Below, piece after piece: positions 1-13,451 of a stretch of DNA of 64,000 bases. The notes beneath the pieces were generated by a model. The model had not been told where the DNA came from. It saw only the letters and a list, made by a program, of their open reading frames with translations, and ran no database searches. The stretch covers positions 15,006,001-15,070,000 of the forward strand of contig NC_058383.1 in the NCBI RefSeq assembly GCF_018350175.1, written 5' to 3'. The position numbers were made by a program, and so were the translations under genes. This DNA is from Felis catus. Lineage: Eukaryota. The stretch's first letter is position 1, and every line of letters begins with the position of its first letter.

Positions 1-307
1 AGAAACTAGAAAGTGTTACCATAATCTAAAAAAAATAAAAATTAAAAAAAAACAATAAAAACCAATCCCAAGATGGCCTAGAGCCCAGATGTTGGATCTA
101 AGTACATAAAGACTTTAAAGAGCTACTATAAATATAGGAAAATTTGTCCAAATAATTCAAGAAAAATATTGTTTCACTGAGTAAGCAGATGAGTATTTCA
201 GCAGAAAAAATGAAAACTCCAAAAAAGAACCTAGAATTAAATTTCTAGAATTTTAGAAATTAATTTTAGAAATTAAAATTCTAGAACTGAAAAAAATTGG
301 GTGCATG

Positions 308-309
<2 letters not shown>

Positions 310-356
<47 letters not shown>
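310..356. repeat. (GT)n microsatellite
   Basis: Directly visible. Confidence 0.95.
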
Positions 357-357
<1 letters not shown>

Positions 358-482
358 GGAAAAAAGGGAGACAGAGAGAAAGCAAATGCTTCAGTATTAA
401 CAATTAGATGAAGACATACAGTTATTCACTATACTTTCCAAACCTCTATGGATTTGAAAATTTTTTTAAAGACTAAAGAAAC

Positions 483-684
483 TTTTTTTAAAGTTTATTT
501 ATATATTTAAGGAGATAGAGAGAACACAAGCAAAGGAGGGACAGAGAGAGGGAGAGAATCTCAAGCAGGCTCTGTACTGCCAGCACGGAGCCCGATGTGG
601 AGCTCAAACTCACCAACTGTAAGATCATGACCTGAGCTGAGCCAAGAGCTGGACACTTAACCAACCGAGCCACCCAGGCTTCTC
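483..684 (-). mobile_element. Can-SINE
   Basis: Reverse tRNA-derived head, (GA)n body and T-rich tail. TSD-like aaga(c/t)taaagaaa. Confidence 0.85.
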
Positions 685-779
685 CAAGATTAAAGAAATA
701 TTAAAAGTATATACTAATATATTTGTAGGCCAAGAAGAAAAAAAGTTATAAGTAGTTGGATAACCTAATCAAGTGCATG

Positions 780-1450
780 ATTAGGAAGTATCCCTCCAAT
801 GAAATGAAACTGAACTGAGACATGAATGACACTCTAGACGAGGCACAAGGAGATCAACTCCTGGTGACTACAGCTGTCTGGGAGGTGGGGACCTGGCCCA
901 AGACAAAAGCAATGTGGTCAGAGAGCAAGGGATCGTTTCGAGATATGTTGAAAGAAGTCAAGATCTGCATAACTTTGCCAATTACACATGGTGAGGGGGG
1001 GGGGTGAGCGAAAAAGAAGAATCAAGGATGGCTTCCAGATTACTTTTGTAGCTGACTGGGTATGATGTGACATAATTTCCTGCGAACAATTCCAGAGGAG
1101 AGGCAGTTTTGGAGAAAAAAGAAAATCCATTCAGCTCTGGATCTCTGCAGCTTAAGGAACACGTGAGGCATCTACACAGGACGATGGGTCGCAGATCTAA
1201 ACTGCAGGAGAGAGGCAGGGATTGAAGATATGCACGTCGAGGCAATCAGCACATAGGTGTCTGGGGGGACAACAACAAAAAACAACCCCAGGGGACTACA
1301 GTGGGCAGAAGATGAGGGGCACGCGAGGAACACTGGAAAAGACAAAGAGGTGGAAAAGATGCAGGTGAAGGACCAGCCAGTGACGTGGATGCCAAAGCAG
1401 TGACACACGTCAAAACCAGGGGTGTAAGCAGCACCGCCAGGTGCTACAGA
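780..1450. mobile_element. L2 relic
   Basis: Purine-rich L2-like motifs (atcaaggatggcttccagatt, ggagagaggcagggattgaagata, cagcacatagg). Confidence 0.5.
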
Positions 1451-2024
1451 GAGTAGCACCCCAAACTCAAAATAGCCCCCAAAGCGTAGATAAGAGCACA
1501 TCCCCAGAAATATTAATTTTGAGATGCATACACACGTCAGGAGTTGAGGAGAATCTTCACTGTTTGCAACACCAAAGAAACCGGAGAAAAGCAATTTCCA
1601 CCCACCCTGGGAACTACAGAGGTACTTACGGCAGGAGGACATTGACTCACCGCCATTGTTTGCCCCTGCAAACAGCAACCCACAGGCTACCTGCCCAGCA
1701 AAGGAAGCGGTCACTCCCTAGTTCATAACAACTGTTTTCCATGGTGACCTATTCCCCAACCCAATCCAAACCCAGCCCAGCAGCACCCTTTTTGTAAGCT
1801 CATCAGGAAACCCTACTCTCCAGGAGCAGCAAGAGCTATGGGTTGCTATGTCCCATCCTGCATTATTTGGGGGAAAGATGAGAAGTGAACCTGGGATCAC
1901 TGAGTGCTGGATACTAGTTTGGGAATTGGAAGAGGAACAAGACAAGGGAGAAACAAAGGAGTTACATAATTCTGTGGCACAGGAAGCAAACCCAGGAGTA
2001 GCAGCAAACAAGATCCCACCTCCA

Positions 2025-2472
2025 GGAGTACCCGGGCGTCTCAGTCGGTTGAGCGTCCAATTTCAGCCCAGGTCACGATCGTGCAATTCGTGAGCTCAAG
2101 CCCCACATCAGGCTTACAGCTGTCAGCACAGAGCCTGCTTCAGACCCTCTGTCCCTCTCTCTCTGCCCTGCCCCAGCTTGCACTCTCTCTCAAAAATACA
2201 TAAAACATTAAAAAAGAAACAAAAACCAAAGGTCCCACCTCCACTCAGAAGCCATGGACTTGGGGCGCCTAGGTGGCCCAGTCAGTTAAGTGTCTGACTT
2301 CGGTTCAGGTCATGATCTTGTGGTTTGTGAGTTTGAGCCCCACATCGGGCTCTGTGTTGACAGCTCAGAGCCTGAAGCCTGCTTTGGATTCTGTCTCTGT
2401 CTCTCTCTCTGCCCCTCCCCTGCTTACACTCTGTCTCTGTCTCTGTCTCTCTGCCCCTCCCCTGCTTACACT

Positions 2473-2517
<45 letters not shown>

Positions 2518-2551
2518 AAAAAATAAATAAATAAACATTAAAAAAAAAAAA
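2025..2551 (+). mobile_element. Two Can-SINEs (2025-2215; 2262-2551)
   Basis: TSDs tcccacctcca and aagccatggact. The second copy has an internal duplication of its CT-rich segment. Confidence 0.9.
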
Positions 2552-2879
2552 GCCATGGACTAGATGAGTGGCTTCTACAAACTGGACTCTCCAGCTGGGG
2601 CTGACAAGGGGAAAATTATCCCAGGTCCAAGATAAAGTGAAGACAAAACAAAGAAACTAAAGTTTCTTTACAAACCCTGTTGGCTCACAGATTCTGGGCC
2701 CGCAAAGGACTTTACGGAGTCACAAAGTAGAACAGAAAAAAGCAAAAGGGACCCTAGAAAAACCTCTTCTAACGGGAAGTAAAGGTAGCATCAGTTGGAA
2801 GACGTGGAGGAAAGGCTTGTATATATATGTGTCTCTGTATACATCATGACAAGACACAGAAGAGATTTTCACAAACTGT

Positions 2880-4240
2880 GTCCACATTGTTCTCAATAAG
2901 ACAAAGAGTTGAGAGAGAATAAATAAATAAGGCCCCAGGAAGGCAAGAAGTCAGAGGCATGAGGAAAGCACATCCTAAGACTACTGCAGCAACAAAAAGG
3001 GGGATGGTCCGATTATACCCTAATAGCTGTAAGCTGGCAGCAACCCAAATACCCATTGAGAATAGAACAGATAAATAATTGCGGCATATTTATAGATGAT
3101 GGGATACTATAGATTAGTGAAAATGAATCAACTTCAGCTATCCTCAAAAACATGGCTGAGTCTCGCAAATATGTTGAGGAAAAGAGGCTGGGAACAAAAG
3201 AACAGACATGGCATTGGCCCCACTGAGATGAAGAGAAATGCAAACACCATGAAACGCTGAGAGGAAACTAGGCTGGTGGTTGTCTTTGAGGAAGAGGCAT
3301 TGGAAAGGGCCTCGGGGATACTTTAAGGTGCTAACAATACTACATTCCTTAGCCTCAGTAGTTGTTGAATGAAGGTTCATGTTCAATAATAACTGAATTG
3401 TGCATTAATACTTCCCTGTATTCTATTTTAACAAAGTTGGGGTTTTTTTTGTTTTTTGTTTTTGTTTTTTGTTTTTTAAAGGAAGGAGGCAGGCACCTGG
3501 GTGGCTCAGTCAGTTGGGCATTTGATTCTTGATTTTGGCTCAGGTCATGGCCCCAGGGTCGTGGGATCGAGCCCCAGGTCGGGCCCCATGCTGGACGTGG
3601 AGCCTGCTTGAGATTCTCTCTCTCCCTCTCCCTCTGCCCCTCTCCTCCACTCACACACCCTCTTTCTCTCTCTCTCTAAAAGAAAAAGAAAAAGAAAAAG
3701 GAAGGAGGACTACTGAAGTAAAATTAAGCTTCAAGGAAACTGAAACTTCCAGAAAACTGAAGATATGCTCTAAAGGCAGTAATAAAAAAATTTTCTTCAT
3801 GACTATAGACAAGTAAGTCAATGATGTAGAAGACAAACTCGAGAAGGAATGCAGACTACATAAAATGATGTGAGTAGAGATGTATGATGTGGAAAACAAA
3901 GAATGAAAATGTAGCAGTAGAACAAAAGGCACAAAATACCCGCACTCAGACATTTCACAGTGGCCAGATTACATCCTAACAGCCCCAAATGGGAAACCCA
4001 AATATCCATCCTGAATGAAATGGATACAGAAATTGAAGTATACTGACATACAATGGATACCCATGCCATGTATAAATGAAAACGTATGAATTCAGACAGA
4101 GGTAAATTTAAAGATTAAGACAGCAGCATCGTAAGATTAGTCAGTCAATAGGATTAAGAAAATGGTTTTCACAAAATTAGAATTGGTAAACCTAATAAAC
4201 GTTTACATGATACACTCTGAAAGTGCAAGGTATCGCTAAT
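2880..4240 (+). mobile_element. Old L1M 3' fragments (interrupted by a SINE)
   Basis: caacccaaatacccattgagaatagaacagataaataattgcggcatatt and ggaaacaccaaatatccatc. Confidence 0.6.
3491..3700 (+). mobile_element. Can-SINE
   Basis: ggcacctgggtggctcagtc head. TSD aaaggaaggagg. Confidence 0.9.
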
Positions 4241-4241
4241 A

Positions 4242-4515
4242 GGGGCACCTGGCTGGCTTCGTTGGTTAAGCATCAGGTTCCTGATCCCGGCTCAGGTCAC
4301 GATCTTGCAGTTCATGAAATCAAGCCCCATGGGGGGTTCTGAGCTGATAGCACAGAGCCTGCTTGGAATTCCCTCTCTCCATCTCTGTACCTCTCCCGCT
4401 CGTGCTCTCTCTCACTCTCTTTCTTCCTCCCTCTCTGCCCCTGCCCCACTCATGCGTGTGCACTCTCTCTCTCTCTCTCTCTCTCTCTCAAAATAAAAAA
4501 TATTTTTTTAAAAAG
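4242..4515 (+). mobile_element. Can-SINE
   Basis: ggggcacctggctggc head, (CT)n and A tail. Confidence 0.85.
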
Positions 4516-7436
4516 ATACTGCTAATAAATTTTGTATGCACATAAATTCCCTGGGTAGACTGCAAATTCCTTGGGAACAGGTAACGAATATTATACTTAT
4601 TTCATTTCCTCCTCTACCCAGAAAGCATTCGGGTAAACATTCCTATCATGAATGAATAAATAAGAACAGACAAATGAATTAAATATGAATGAATGAATGT
4701 CTCCACCAATTCATCACTGCTGAGTTTGTTTGTTAGGTGATTTCCAACTCCAGTCTGGCCAACTTCATGCAGGTTTGCATGACTCCCTCTCTTTGTTTAA
4801 AGAGAAGAAACAGAAACTCTCCAGAGTGTATGTCAGTTGGAGATAACCTGCATAGTGAGTGGCTCTTTTCACACCTCTTCTCAGAAGGTAACCACTCACG
4901 GACCGGGTGAGTTTGTCCCTTCCACTGAAGGAAAGGGACATTCTATCCCGGGTGATAAACAGTAGCCGGGTAGGGGAACCTGTCCCCTCGGCGATTCGTA
5001 AGCGGGGGATTGCAGCCGCCACGGGGTAAGGAAGGGGGCACAGTGAGGGAAGGCGGTGCCCAACTAATGGATCACAAAGGAAGCTTTGATTCCTCTCAGT
5101 GTCCAACACATCAACTCCCTGTGCAATGCCATGTTTCCTCTGAGGATAAATGAGTGGCCCAGAGCAACAGGAAACAGGTCTTTAGGGCTCAGAGAACAGC
5201 AAACAGACAAAGCCTCGGAAAGGTGCCTTCCCCGAGAACCAACCTGCGCTTGGTTTTCAGACCCTGCCTGCTGGCTCTACCCTCAGTGCACATCTGCACA
5301 GCCCTGCCCGGAGCCCCAAGATGCTCGTAATAAAGCATAAGCAGTCATAACTCAGGGTTCACCTTGGCCAAAAGTAAATAAGTAGAAGGAATCTTCCATC
5401 AGAAAATAAATGGCCCTTCTCCAAGCTGAGAGCTGGATTACCCTCCTGAAGGACAACAGAGTGTCTTCAGCAGCTGGCCTCAGGCCTCAGGCTATAAAGT
5501 CTGGCTGGACTTCATTAGGGACCCCGCGGGGCCCCCACTGCTAAGCCTGCCCATGTAGGCTTGAAGGCTGTTAGAATCTCTCCCTGCTATTCGTGCCTGC
5601 TGAGAAGGCACCTTTCAGCCCTGCTCGGCTGCCTGGGGCTGAGTGAAACACGCTCCTGAGCTAGGCCACTTGCCCAGGTACATGGAGAGCGGTTCCACTG
5701 GCCACCCTGGGGGTGGGGGGGGGGCGTGGGGGGGACGGCAAAATCCAGCCCGCAGTCCTCTTGAAAAGCTGTGCGCCCTGGCAGTGGCCCAGATTTAACA
5801 GAGAAAAAAGCCGATGCTCTAAGGAAAAATCATCTCTTGATTATTCAGAGCAACGCTGGGAGGGAAGGGAAAAGGCAAGGGAAAGCCAGGATCGGTGAGA
5901 GCCACAGGTGATTTCCAAACTCCCTTTGGTTAGTCATCTCGACCTCTTTAAGAGTCACCTTTAAACACAGGGACTTTCTGCCCGGATCTTATGGCCTCTA
6001 CTCACGGAGCCTTCCAGCCCCTCCTGCTGATGACTGAGCCCAGGGACCTACTCAACTAAACACAAACGCAAACACACCCCCAAATCAATGTACCACTTCC
6101 CTAAGCGGACTCCCCGGGGGTCCGGGGAAGCCTGGGTCCCGCTCAACATACTAGCTGAGCTTTGGCCTTCTCTATGGTCACCTGGCTTTGGAGGCAGTCA
6201 GGCCTCTACTGCCTGCTTCTGCGTCCGAATGTCCTCTGGCCAACTGAAGCCGAGGAGATCCCTGAGCGTCCTGCTCTCCTCTCCTGCCACCAGCCTCTGT
6301 CCAGACGGGGGCGAGCCTGGCTCTGCTTCCTGTCACTCCGGCTTCCTGTCACATGCCCCCACCGGGAACCCTACCCACCAGCCTCTGCTGCCTTACGGTT
6401 TACTGATATAAATAAGCCAGTCTTTTAGATGAGCAAGCAATCAAAATGGACAAGAGCAGGAGAGGCTATCAGACGGCCCTGTCCCTCCACCTTCCTCCAC
6501 TCCTGCCCAGTCTGCAGCAAGCTGGGCTTCGCTGGCCCAGAGCTGGATTTCCCCGCCTTCCTCTTGCGAGTAACGGCCGTGAGGCGCCCCTCTTGCACGG
6601 AGACAGCACGCTGGTCAGACCATGTCACTTAAAAGCAAATAGGTGGGCCATCGGGGGTAACTCTGACATCTCTTTAGAAAGCAAATTTCAACTCCATGCT
6701 TTAAAATGGTGTTCACAAGGAACACGGCATCCCAAAACGTCGGGGAGAGCGGATTCCGGCTCGGCCTCTGCGGATGTAACACCTAGCTGAACATCTGGCT
6801 GATTCTACCACATTTTCGATTCTCGAAGAAATAAAGTCCTTCTTCCTGTTTGTAATTTTGCTGTTGAATCAGGGGGTTACCAATGAGGAGACGACAGGGC
6901 ACGGTCCCAGGATGAATTTAGTCATGGTGTTCCCATCCCTATCCCTGCCCTGAACACCCTGGACTACACTGCGTAACAAAGGAACAGAGGCAATTAAAAT
7001 AATTGCTGTCCATTCCCCCCATGTCTAGGCTTCCAGAGGATTCTGATCTGGGCAGGATTCAAAGCACCATGGCCCCAAGTCAAGAGACGGCCATTAGCAG
7101 GGCTTAAAACCTCCCCTACAGCTGGGCCCTGCGTGAATGACAATATGGAAAAATGCCGCCGCCGCTGGTGATCAAGATTCCGTAAACCGGAAAATGTATT
7201 TTGGCAGCGGAAGGCTGTCCCCCCCCAGTCCGGGCACAAAGAAACCAAATAACGAGGTCTGTCCCGCACAAAGAAGTCACTTGTGCAGAATTTATCTCTG
7301 AGCCCGTTCCCGTTCGCACCGCCGTTAGACTTGGCCACAACGGGTGGCCAGAGTCTGGCGCTTCCACCGTAGACGCACGAGCGCCTCCGATGCCTCCCGT
7401 GGGGGGCTGACCTCCCAGGCAGGGCGGGCTCCTTAC

Positions 7437-7561
7437 CGTCCAGCTCCTCCACGGAGATATTAGCAAGCTGCTCGCTGTCGCTGCCCGCGGACAGAGATCG
7501 GTTGAGGTAATTCCCCTTGTACAACAAGCCAGCGGTCACGTGGTGGAAAGGCATCTTCTCC
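7437..7561 (-). CDS. CALN1: Calneuron-1 (CaBP8) exon; contains the short-isoform ATG at 7554 and the N-terminus up to EF-hand 1
   Basis: The translation EKMPFHHVTAGLLYKGNYLNRSLSAGSDSEQLANISVEELD matches the recalled CALN1 N-terminus; the paralogue CABP7 instead starts MPFHPVTAALMYRG. Minus-strand acceptor: ctttctctccccgctcccgcttctctgtgaccAG|G (AG at 7563-7562). Donor: GAC G|GTAAGG (GT at 7436-7435). The exon is 125 nt, phase 2 in and phase 1 out. Confidence 0.96.
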
Positions 7562-9634
7562 CTGGTCACAGAGAAGCGGGAGCGGGGAGAGAAAGAGGTC
7601 ACCGTCCGTTCCTTCTTCCCTTCCTGAAAGGACCACCTTGGTTTTCAGATGGCCGGTTGTCGCTTTTAAAAGAACCATCACGTTTCTAGAGGGAAAGTCA
7701 GAAAATCCCAGGGTCCCCGTGGCCTGAACAATTCCCCAGGGACCCCGCGTTCTAGCGCTTTCTTTGCTCTACGTGCTACTTCACCGTCCCGATTTACTCG
7801 TGAGTTGGAACCATGCGGTCCTTGCACGCCGTGGGACATCATGTCATCATCACATCCTCGTCCTCTCCAGGCAAAGAAGAAGCCTCCCTGCTCCTTTTCT
7901 TGGCCCGATAAACTTTCTTGTGCTCCTTAAGGAACGCACATCTCAGAAATGCTGGGCTCCCCGGGGACTGGGCGTCTCAGCTGTGACCGTGTGGAGATCC
8001 AAGGGTTTGACTTCTCCCAGGTAAAGCAGATGAGCCACTCACACAGCACCCGAATCGGGTGGGAAACGGCAGGCCCTAAGTAAATACAGACAACCTTCCG
8101 CACCTGGGAGAAGTGGCCCCCGTGCCAGGCTTGGGTGCAGACACCTGCTGGTCAAAGCCGCTCATGAGCGCAGCCCTCTGGGACGCCGCTCACGCCACCC
8201 GCCCTGCCAGAAAGGCGCGTGGCACTCAGTGTCCCAGAACAAAGCTGCTTCCAGAATCTTACAGGGAATTACTGCATCCCTTAGACCAGCAAAGCTCCTC
8301 TGCCCAGAAGACAGCCCTGGGGCTTAAGAGGTCCCACCAGTGTGACACAGGCTAGGGGAAGAGGGAGGAAAGAGGCAGCGTAGGGAGACAGAGCAAGTGC
8401 AAAAGAGAAAGACAAGGCAGCTAGAAAGGTGGGCTTCTCCACAGCACAGAGAACACGGCTCTCTGTTACGGCGAGGGAGCCGCTGAGCGTGTTGGGACAC
8501 ATGTTGTGCTCCCCTATCTGGAAAGGGGGCTAAGAGGACTGATCCCCCTTTGAGTGGAATTAGGGAACAGGTAGGAAGTACGGGGAGTCCATTACAGGCT
8601 GTGAGTAAAGAACACCTCTTAACAGAGCTCCGGGAAGGTGAACTGGGCAGCACTGGAAGGGGTGATCTCCCCACCCCTGGGGGCATTCAAGCAGAGGTGA
8701 GGGCCTCTCTGCCAGGGTTCTGTGGGAGAGAGATAACTCCTGAGCTCTCTCCCCACACATCCCTCACTCTCCAGAGAAGCCACTTGGGAAGTCTTATTTC
8801 TTACTACGCTTTGCACCTGTACGATAAGAGGGAGCAGCCCCAAGGGCCCTCCAGGCACTGATGAGGTACAAGCTATAACTTACAGGAAGACCCCCCCCCC
8901 CCCGTCTCTGAGGATGACCGCTCAGGACATCCAGCCTTGCTGTCCCTCAAACCCACACTCGTGACAAGAACTGTCCTAACCGTGGGAGGTTGGAGCCGGC
9001 AGGCACCAGGGACACCCGGTGACAAGTGACAAGTCCTGCAGGACCCACACCCCACCCTCTCTCCAGTCCAGAGCACACACCAGCAGGTCCCTGTTTGGGC
9101 TGAGAGCCGCTGACTTACAAACTAACCAACGAGACACCTAAAAGCTACGGGGCTTGACCCGGAACACAGAGCCGGTTAGCAGAAGAATCAGTTCTAGAAC
9201 ACAGGCCTTCTTAGTGCTATTTCCACTAAGCGCGTCAGCTAAGCACCAGACATTTCCACCGGATGTCAAACTCTCATTTCAAACTCAAGATGTCTAAAAA
9301 CGAATTAATTATCTTCCTGAAAAATAGGCCACACTTCCTGATTTCTCGATTTCTCTCAAAGGTACTTTTCACTCATCGTAACAGACGGGGCATCTCTCAC
9401 AAATGTTCTGAGTCCCCAAAAAGTAAAACAGACACACGACTGAGGCAAGAGCCAGCCATCAGGCTCCAAAACCACACTCACCCCTCTCCGCCAGCCAATC
9501 ACGAACGGCAGGATGCTAGTTACAAAGCATGTCTACACTGGCCAATTACAAGGGGAACATTCTCAGCTAATTAGAAGTCAGACTTACGCCTTGCAGCTGA
9601 ATCGATCCTCACACATAAAAAACAAGAGTCTTTT

Positions 9635-9825
9635 GGGGCGCCTGGGTGGCTCAGTGGGTTGAGCGTCCCACTTTGGCTCAGGTCACCATCTCGCAGCTCG
9701 TGGGTTTGAGCCCCACGTCGGGCTCTGTGCTGACAGCTCAGAGCCCGGAACCTGCTTCGGATTCTGTGTCTCCCTCTCTTTCTGTCCCTCGCCTCCACCT
9801 CTCTCTCAAAAATAAACATTAAAAG
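9635..9825 (+). mobile_element. Can-SINE
   Basis: ggggcgcctgggtggctcag head and aataaacattaaaa tail. Confidence 0.9.
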
Positions 9826-11479
9826 AAGTTCAATACAAGAAGCTTTCTCTTGGACAAACACTTCAATTACCATCTCCTCTTTTCACCGAGGGAAGATTTT
9901 CAGACCAAACACACTGAAAAGTGAGAATCAGATGTCCCTTTTGCCAGGGCCGATCCTAATTTGGGGACAGGGCCATGGGCTGTGCTTAGTTCCCAACACT
10001 GGCTTCAGCTTCCCTCCCACCACTGGCCGCAGGACCCAGTCGGCTTTATCAGCGGTTATCTTAATTTCTAAGTCGTACAAACATGGGAAGACACCAATTT
10101 CACCACCCGGGGAGAGTCCCCCCCCCCCACCCGGCCGCTGAGCTCAGCACATGCGCAGAAAACATCCCCTTCCCCTTTTACCACCCATCATTCTAGGTTG
10201 TCCGCGTTTTATAAACATCTGCCCATTATGAGCCTGTCTGTCTGAGGCTCTGGGGGCACCACACAAATGCCTCCAGCCACAGTGACAAGGTTATACTCGG
10301 TCGGATGTAATCCAAGCCCCTCCCCAGGTTCAGTCACAGAATATATGTGGAGCACTTTGCAGAGAAAACTGGCCACCAGTGAGTCCCATTTGGCAGACCA
10401 ACATGATTTGCTTCTGGAAAAAGCAGCTTGCAAAAGTAGGCTCAATCAGGGCGCCCAGCCTGCGCCCCCAACCGCTCCACGTAGAGTGGGGAAAGGAAAC
10501 ATGTAAGTGGACCCTGCGCGTGGACAAATGGAGTCATGTTCAAGAAAGGGAGGAATAAATACAATCCCAAGGAAGCTAAAAACAGCCGCTGCAATTAAAA
10601 ACTAAATTTCACCCCACGCCACCTGGGGAAACCCAAGCTTTCAGATGGTCTCTTTGGCCAAGGAAGGGAAATATACACAAGTTCATCAGCAGAGACAAAC
10701 ACGATCCTGCACCGGAACTTAAAGATGGATCCTTCTTTCCAAGAAATATTTTTTCAGTGGCAATTTTATTCAGCGAGAGATATTAATTTGATGGTATGTC
10801 ATATGGACAATTTTTTTTTTTGTATTTTCTGTAAGGCAGTGCAGTTTCATGGTAAGGAGTCAGAACTTTCTGGTCAAATCCAGGGTTGGGACTGAAACTG
10901 TAGCTCTTACCCTTATGGGCCACGGAGGTAAGTTGCTAACCTCTGTTAGCAGCACTCTCCTCCTATGCAAAAATGGGGTTTTGATATACACCAAACAGTA
11001 TTTTTGTAAATGTGAAAAAAGATAAATTCCAGAAAGCACTGAGTTGAATACTAGACATACTCCCAACAATACCAGTGATTATCTGCTGAAGATTGTATGA
11101 AGCAGGACGCAGGGCAAAGAGACCACAGATTCAGTAGGTTGAAAATAAAACACGCTGGGTTATTAAGAGGGGATCAGTAAGGACCCGGCAGAGGGCGAGC
11201 TTCAGAAAGAAGTTGAATGGCAATGTGCACCCGGGTGCTGAGGGATCTGGTGTGTGAACAGCAGAGCACGGGGCGGGGGGCAGGGCGTGGGGGGGGGGGT
11301 GTCCCAATGCCACGTGCTCTCAGCAAGCAGCCAACTGTATCAGGAGCGAGGAGCTATTCGAATGGAAAGCACCAAAACTGAAGATGAGTCTGCTTCCTGG
11401 GCACCGGGGAGGCTGGCTTCATTGTCACCTCGAGGGCAAGGTATCAGGAGGCTAAAAAGGGGGTGGGTATAGGGGGAAG

Positions 11480-11621
11480 GGTGAAACCGATGAAAGGGAG
11501 CAAAGGCACACTTATCTTGATGAGCACTGAGTAATGTGTAGAATTGTTGAATCACTATGTTGCAAACCTGAAACTAACATAACACTATGTGTTCACTATA
11601 CTAGAAATAAGATTAAAAATA
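11480..11621 (+). mobile_element. L1 3' terminal fragment
   Basis: tgatgagcactgagtaatgtgtagaattgttgaatcactatgttgcaaacctgaaactaacataacactatgtg. Confidence 0.8.
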
Positions 11622-12172
11622 AGGAAGGAAGGAAGGAAGGAAGGAAGGAAGGAAGGAAGGAAGGAAGGAAGGAAGGGGAGAGAGAGAGAGAAAAAGAGAG
11701 GAAGGAAGAGAGGGTGGAAGGAAGGGAGGGAGAGAGGAAGGAAGGGTAGAAGGAAGGGAGGAAGGAAGGAGGGAGAGAGAGAGAAAGACAGGAATGAAGA
11801 GAGGAAGGAAGGGCGGGAGGGAGGAAGGAAGGAAGGTGGAAGGAAGGAAGGGAGGGATGGAGGGAGAAAGGAAGGAAGGTAGGAAGGAGGGAGAGAGAAA
11901 GAGGAATGAAGAGGGGTAGAAGGGAGGGAGGGAGGGAGGAGGAAGGAAGGTGGAAGGAAGGAGGGAAAGAGGATGGAAGGGTAGAAGGGAGGGAGGAAGG
12001 GAGGAAGGAAGGAGAGAGAGAAAGAGGAATGAAGAGAGGGTGGAAGGAAGGAAGGTAGGAAGGAAGGAGGGAGAGAGAGAGAGAAAGAGAGGAATGAAGA
12101 GAGGGTGGAAGGAAGGGAGGAGGGAGGAAGGGAGGTGGACGGAAGGAGGGAGAGAGGGAGAGAGGAAGGAAG
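11622..12172. repeat. (GGAA)n-seeded polypurine tract with a degenerate larger repeat unit
   Basis: ~550 bp almost all A/G, with recurring gagagagaaagaggaatgaagag(a)ggg(g)t(g/a)gaagg. Confidence 0.95.
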
Positions 12173-12270
12173 GAGCGGCTTCTGTTTTTAGGGGCAAGGA
12201 ACTGGCATGTTTCCTGGCAGAGTAATAAGCAGAAGAGACCCACTCACACCGACGTGAGATGATGCCCGTC

Positions 12271-12708
12271 GAGGATGGTTAATTTTATGTGCCAACTTGA
12301 CTGAACATTATTCTGGGTGTGTCTGTAAGAGTGTTTCTGAATGAAATGAATGTTTCAGTCAGTAGGCTCAGCGGGGGGGTGTGGGGGGGTGGGGGGTGGG
12401 AATTGCCCTCCCCAAGGTGGGGGGGGGGGGGCACATCCAACCTGCCGGAGGCCTGAAGAGAACAAAAAAGCAGAGGAAGGGAGAATGCGTTCTCTCTGCC
12501 TAACTGCTAAGCTGGGACACCATCTTCTCCCCCCTTCAGACTCCGACCCAGACTGGCGTTTACACCATTGGCTCTCCTGGGTCCCCAGCTTGCCAACCGC
12601 CTTTCATGGAGCCTCTCGGCCTCCATCACCGGGTGCGCCAATTCCTTATAATAAATCTCGCTAGGCATCCCTACTCGTTACGTTTCTCTGGAGAACCCAG
12701 ACTAATAC
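12271..12708 (+). mobile_element. MLT2 (ERVL) LTR
   Basis: Starts GATGGTTAATTTTATGTGCCAACTTGACTG and ends TTTCTCTGGAGAACCCAGACTAATACA, the characteristic MLT2 termini. Confidence 0.85.
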
Positions 12709-12806
12709 ACCTTCCAAGTTTTTGTCTACCGTCCCAAAGACTCAGGCACGCTGCTGTGGGCTGATATTATTATTCGGGACAAATACTGCACCAAAATGTA
12801 ATTCTG

Positions 12807-13009
12807 CAGGGCTCCTCAAAGTGTGGCCTGTGGACCACTGCCAGTTGAACACGGCTTACTGCTGGTCCGCACCGAGATAAGGACAGGAATTGAAAGACAG
12901 CATAGAAATTTTTACAGCAATTTATAGCATTGTCCCCACATCTGAGGAGGGGACCAGGTGACTTCATGTTCGAACTAATCCTTCCCCACGAATAGTTTGA
13001 GAAGCACTG
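12807..13009. mobile_element. hAT-Charlie MITE (MER5-like)
   Basis: Inverted termini CAGGGCTCCTCAAA...TTTGAGAAGCACTG. Confidence 0.65.
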
Positions 13010-13451
13010 CTCTTTATTTAGGTCGTATAGGTTCTGGTAATGGACCTCAGACATGGGTGGGGGGGGAAGAAATCTAGAGAAAGGCATTTTACCTTGTCTC
13101 TGAAACTTTTTCAAAGGATTTAAGAATTTGTAAAGTCTTCGACGGACTCTGGAAAGGAGGGACAAGACCTCAGCTGGAGCTTGCGCTCTCTGCGGGTGCC
13201 TGGGGTGAGCACGGAATCCACTGCAGACTTCCCAAAGCGGCCTGTGCAGCCAGGAGACATGCCCTTGCAGATCTTGAAGAGGGAACACGATTGTTTTAGA
13301 AGCGCTTAGTCAAATGCCCAACATACAAGGGGCATACAAGGAGCTACCCAAACTCTCTCCTATTTCAGGGGCTCGGGAATGGCCAACCGTGACATCAGGC
13401 TATCTCCTTTCCAGACTACGTGGGAATTGCTTTTTAAAGGCAAGCTGGGTC

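Noticed and set aside
2262..2350. tRNA genes
   Set aside because: The A/B-box-like sequences are Can-SINE heads, not full cloverleaves.
6994..7602. 202-aa ORF as a single-exon gene
   Set aside because: Only 7437-7561 matches CALN1. The rest is intron read-through beyond consensus splice sites.
11534..12243. Low-complexity ORFs (KEGR/LPSF repeats)
   Set aside because: These are translations of the GGAA tract.
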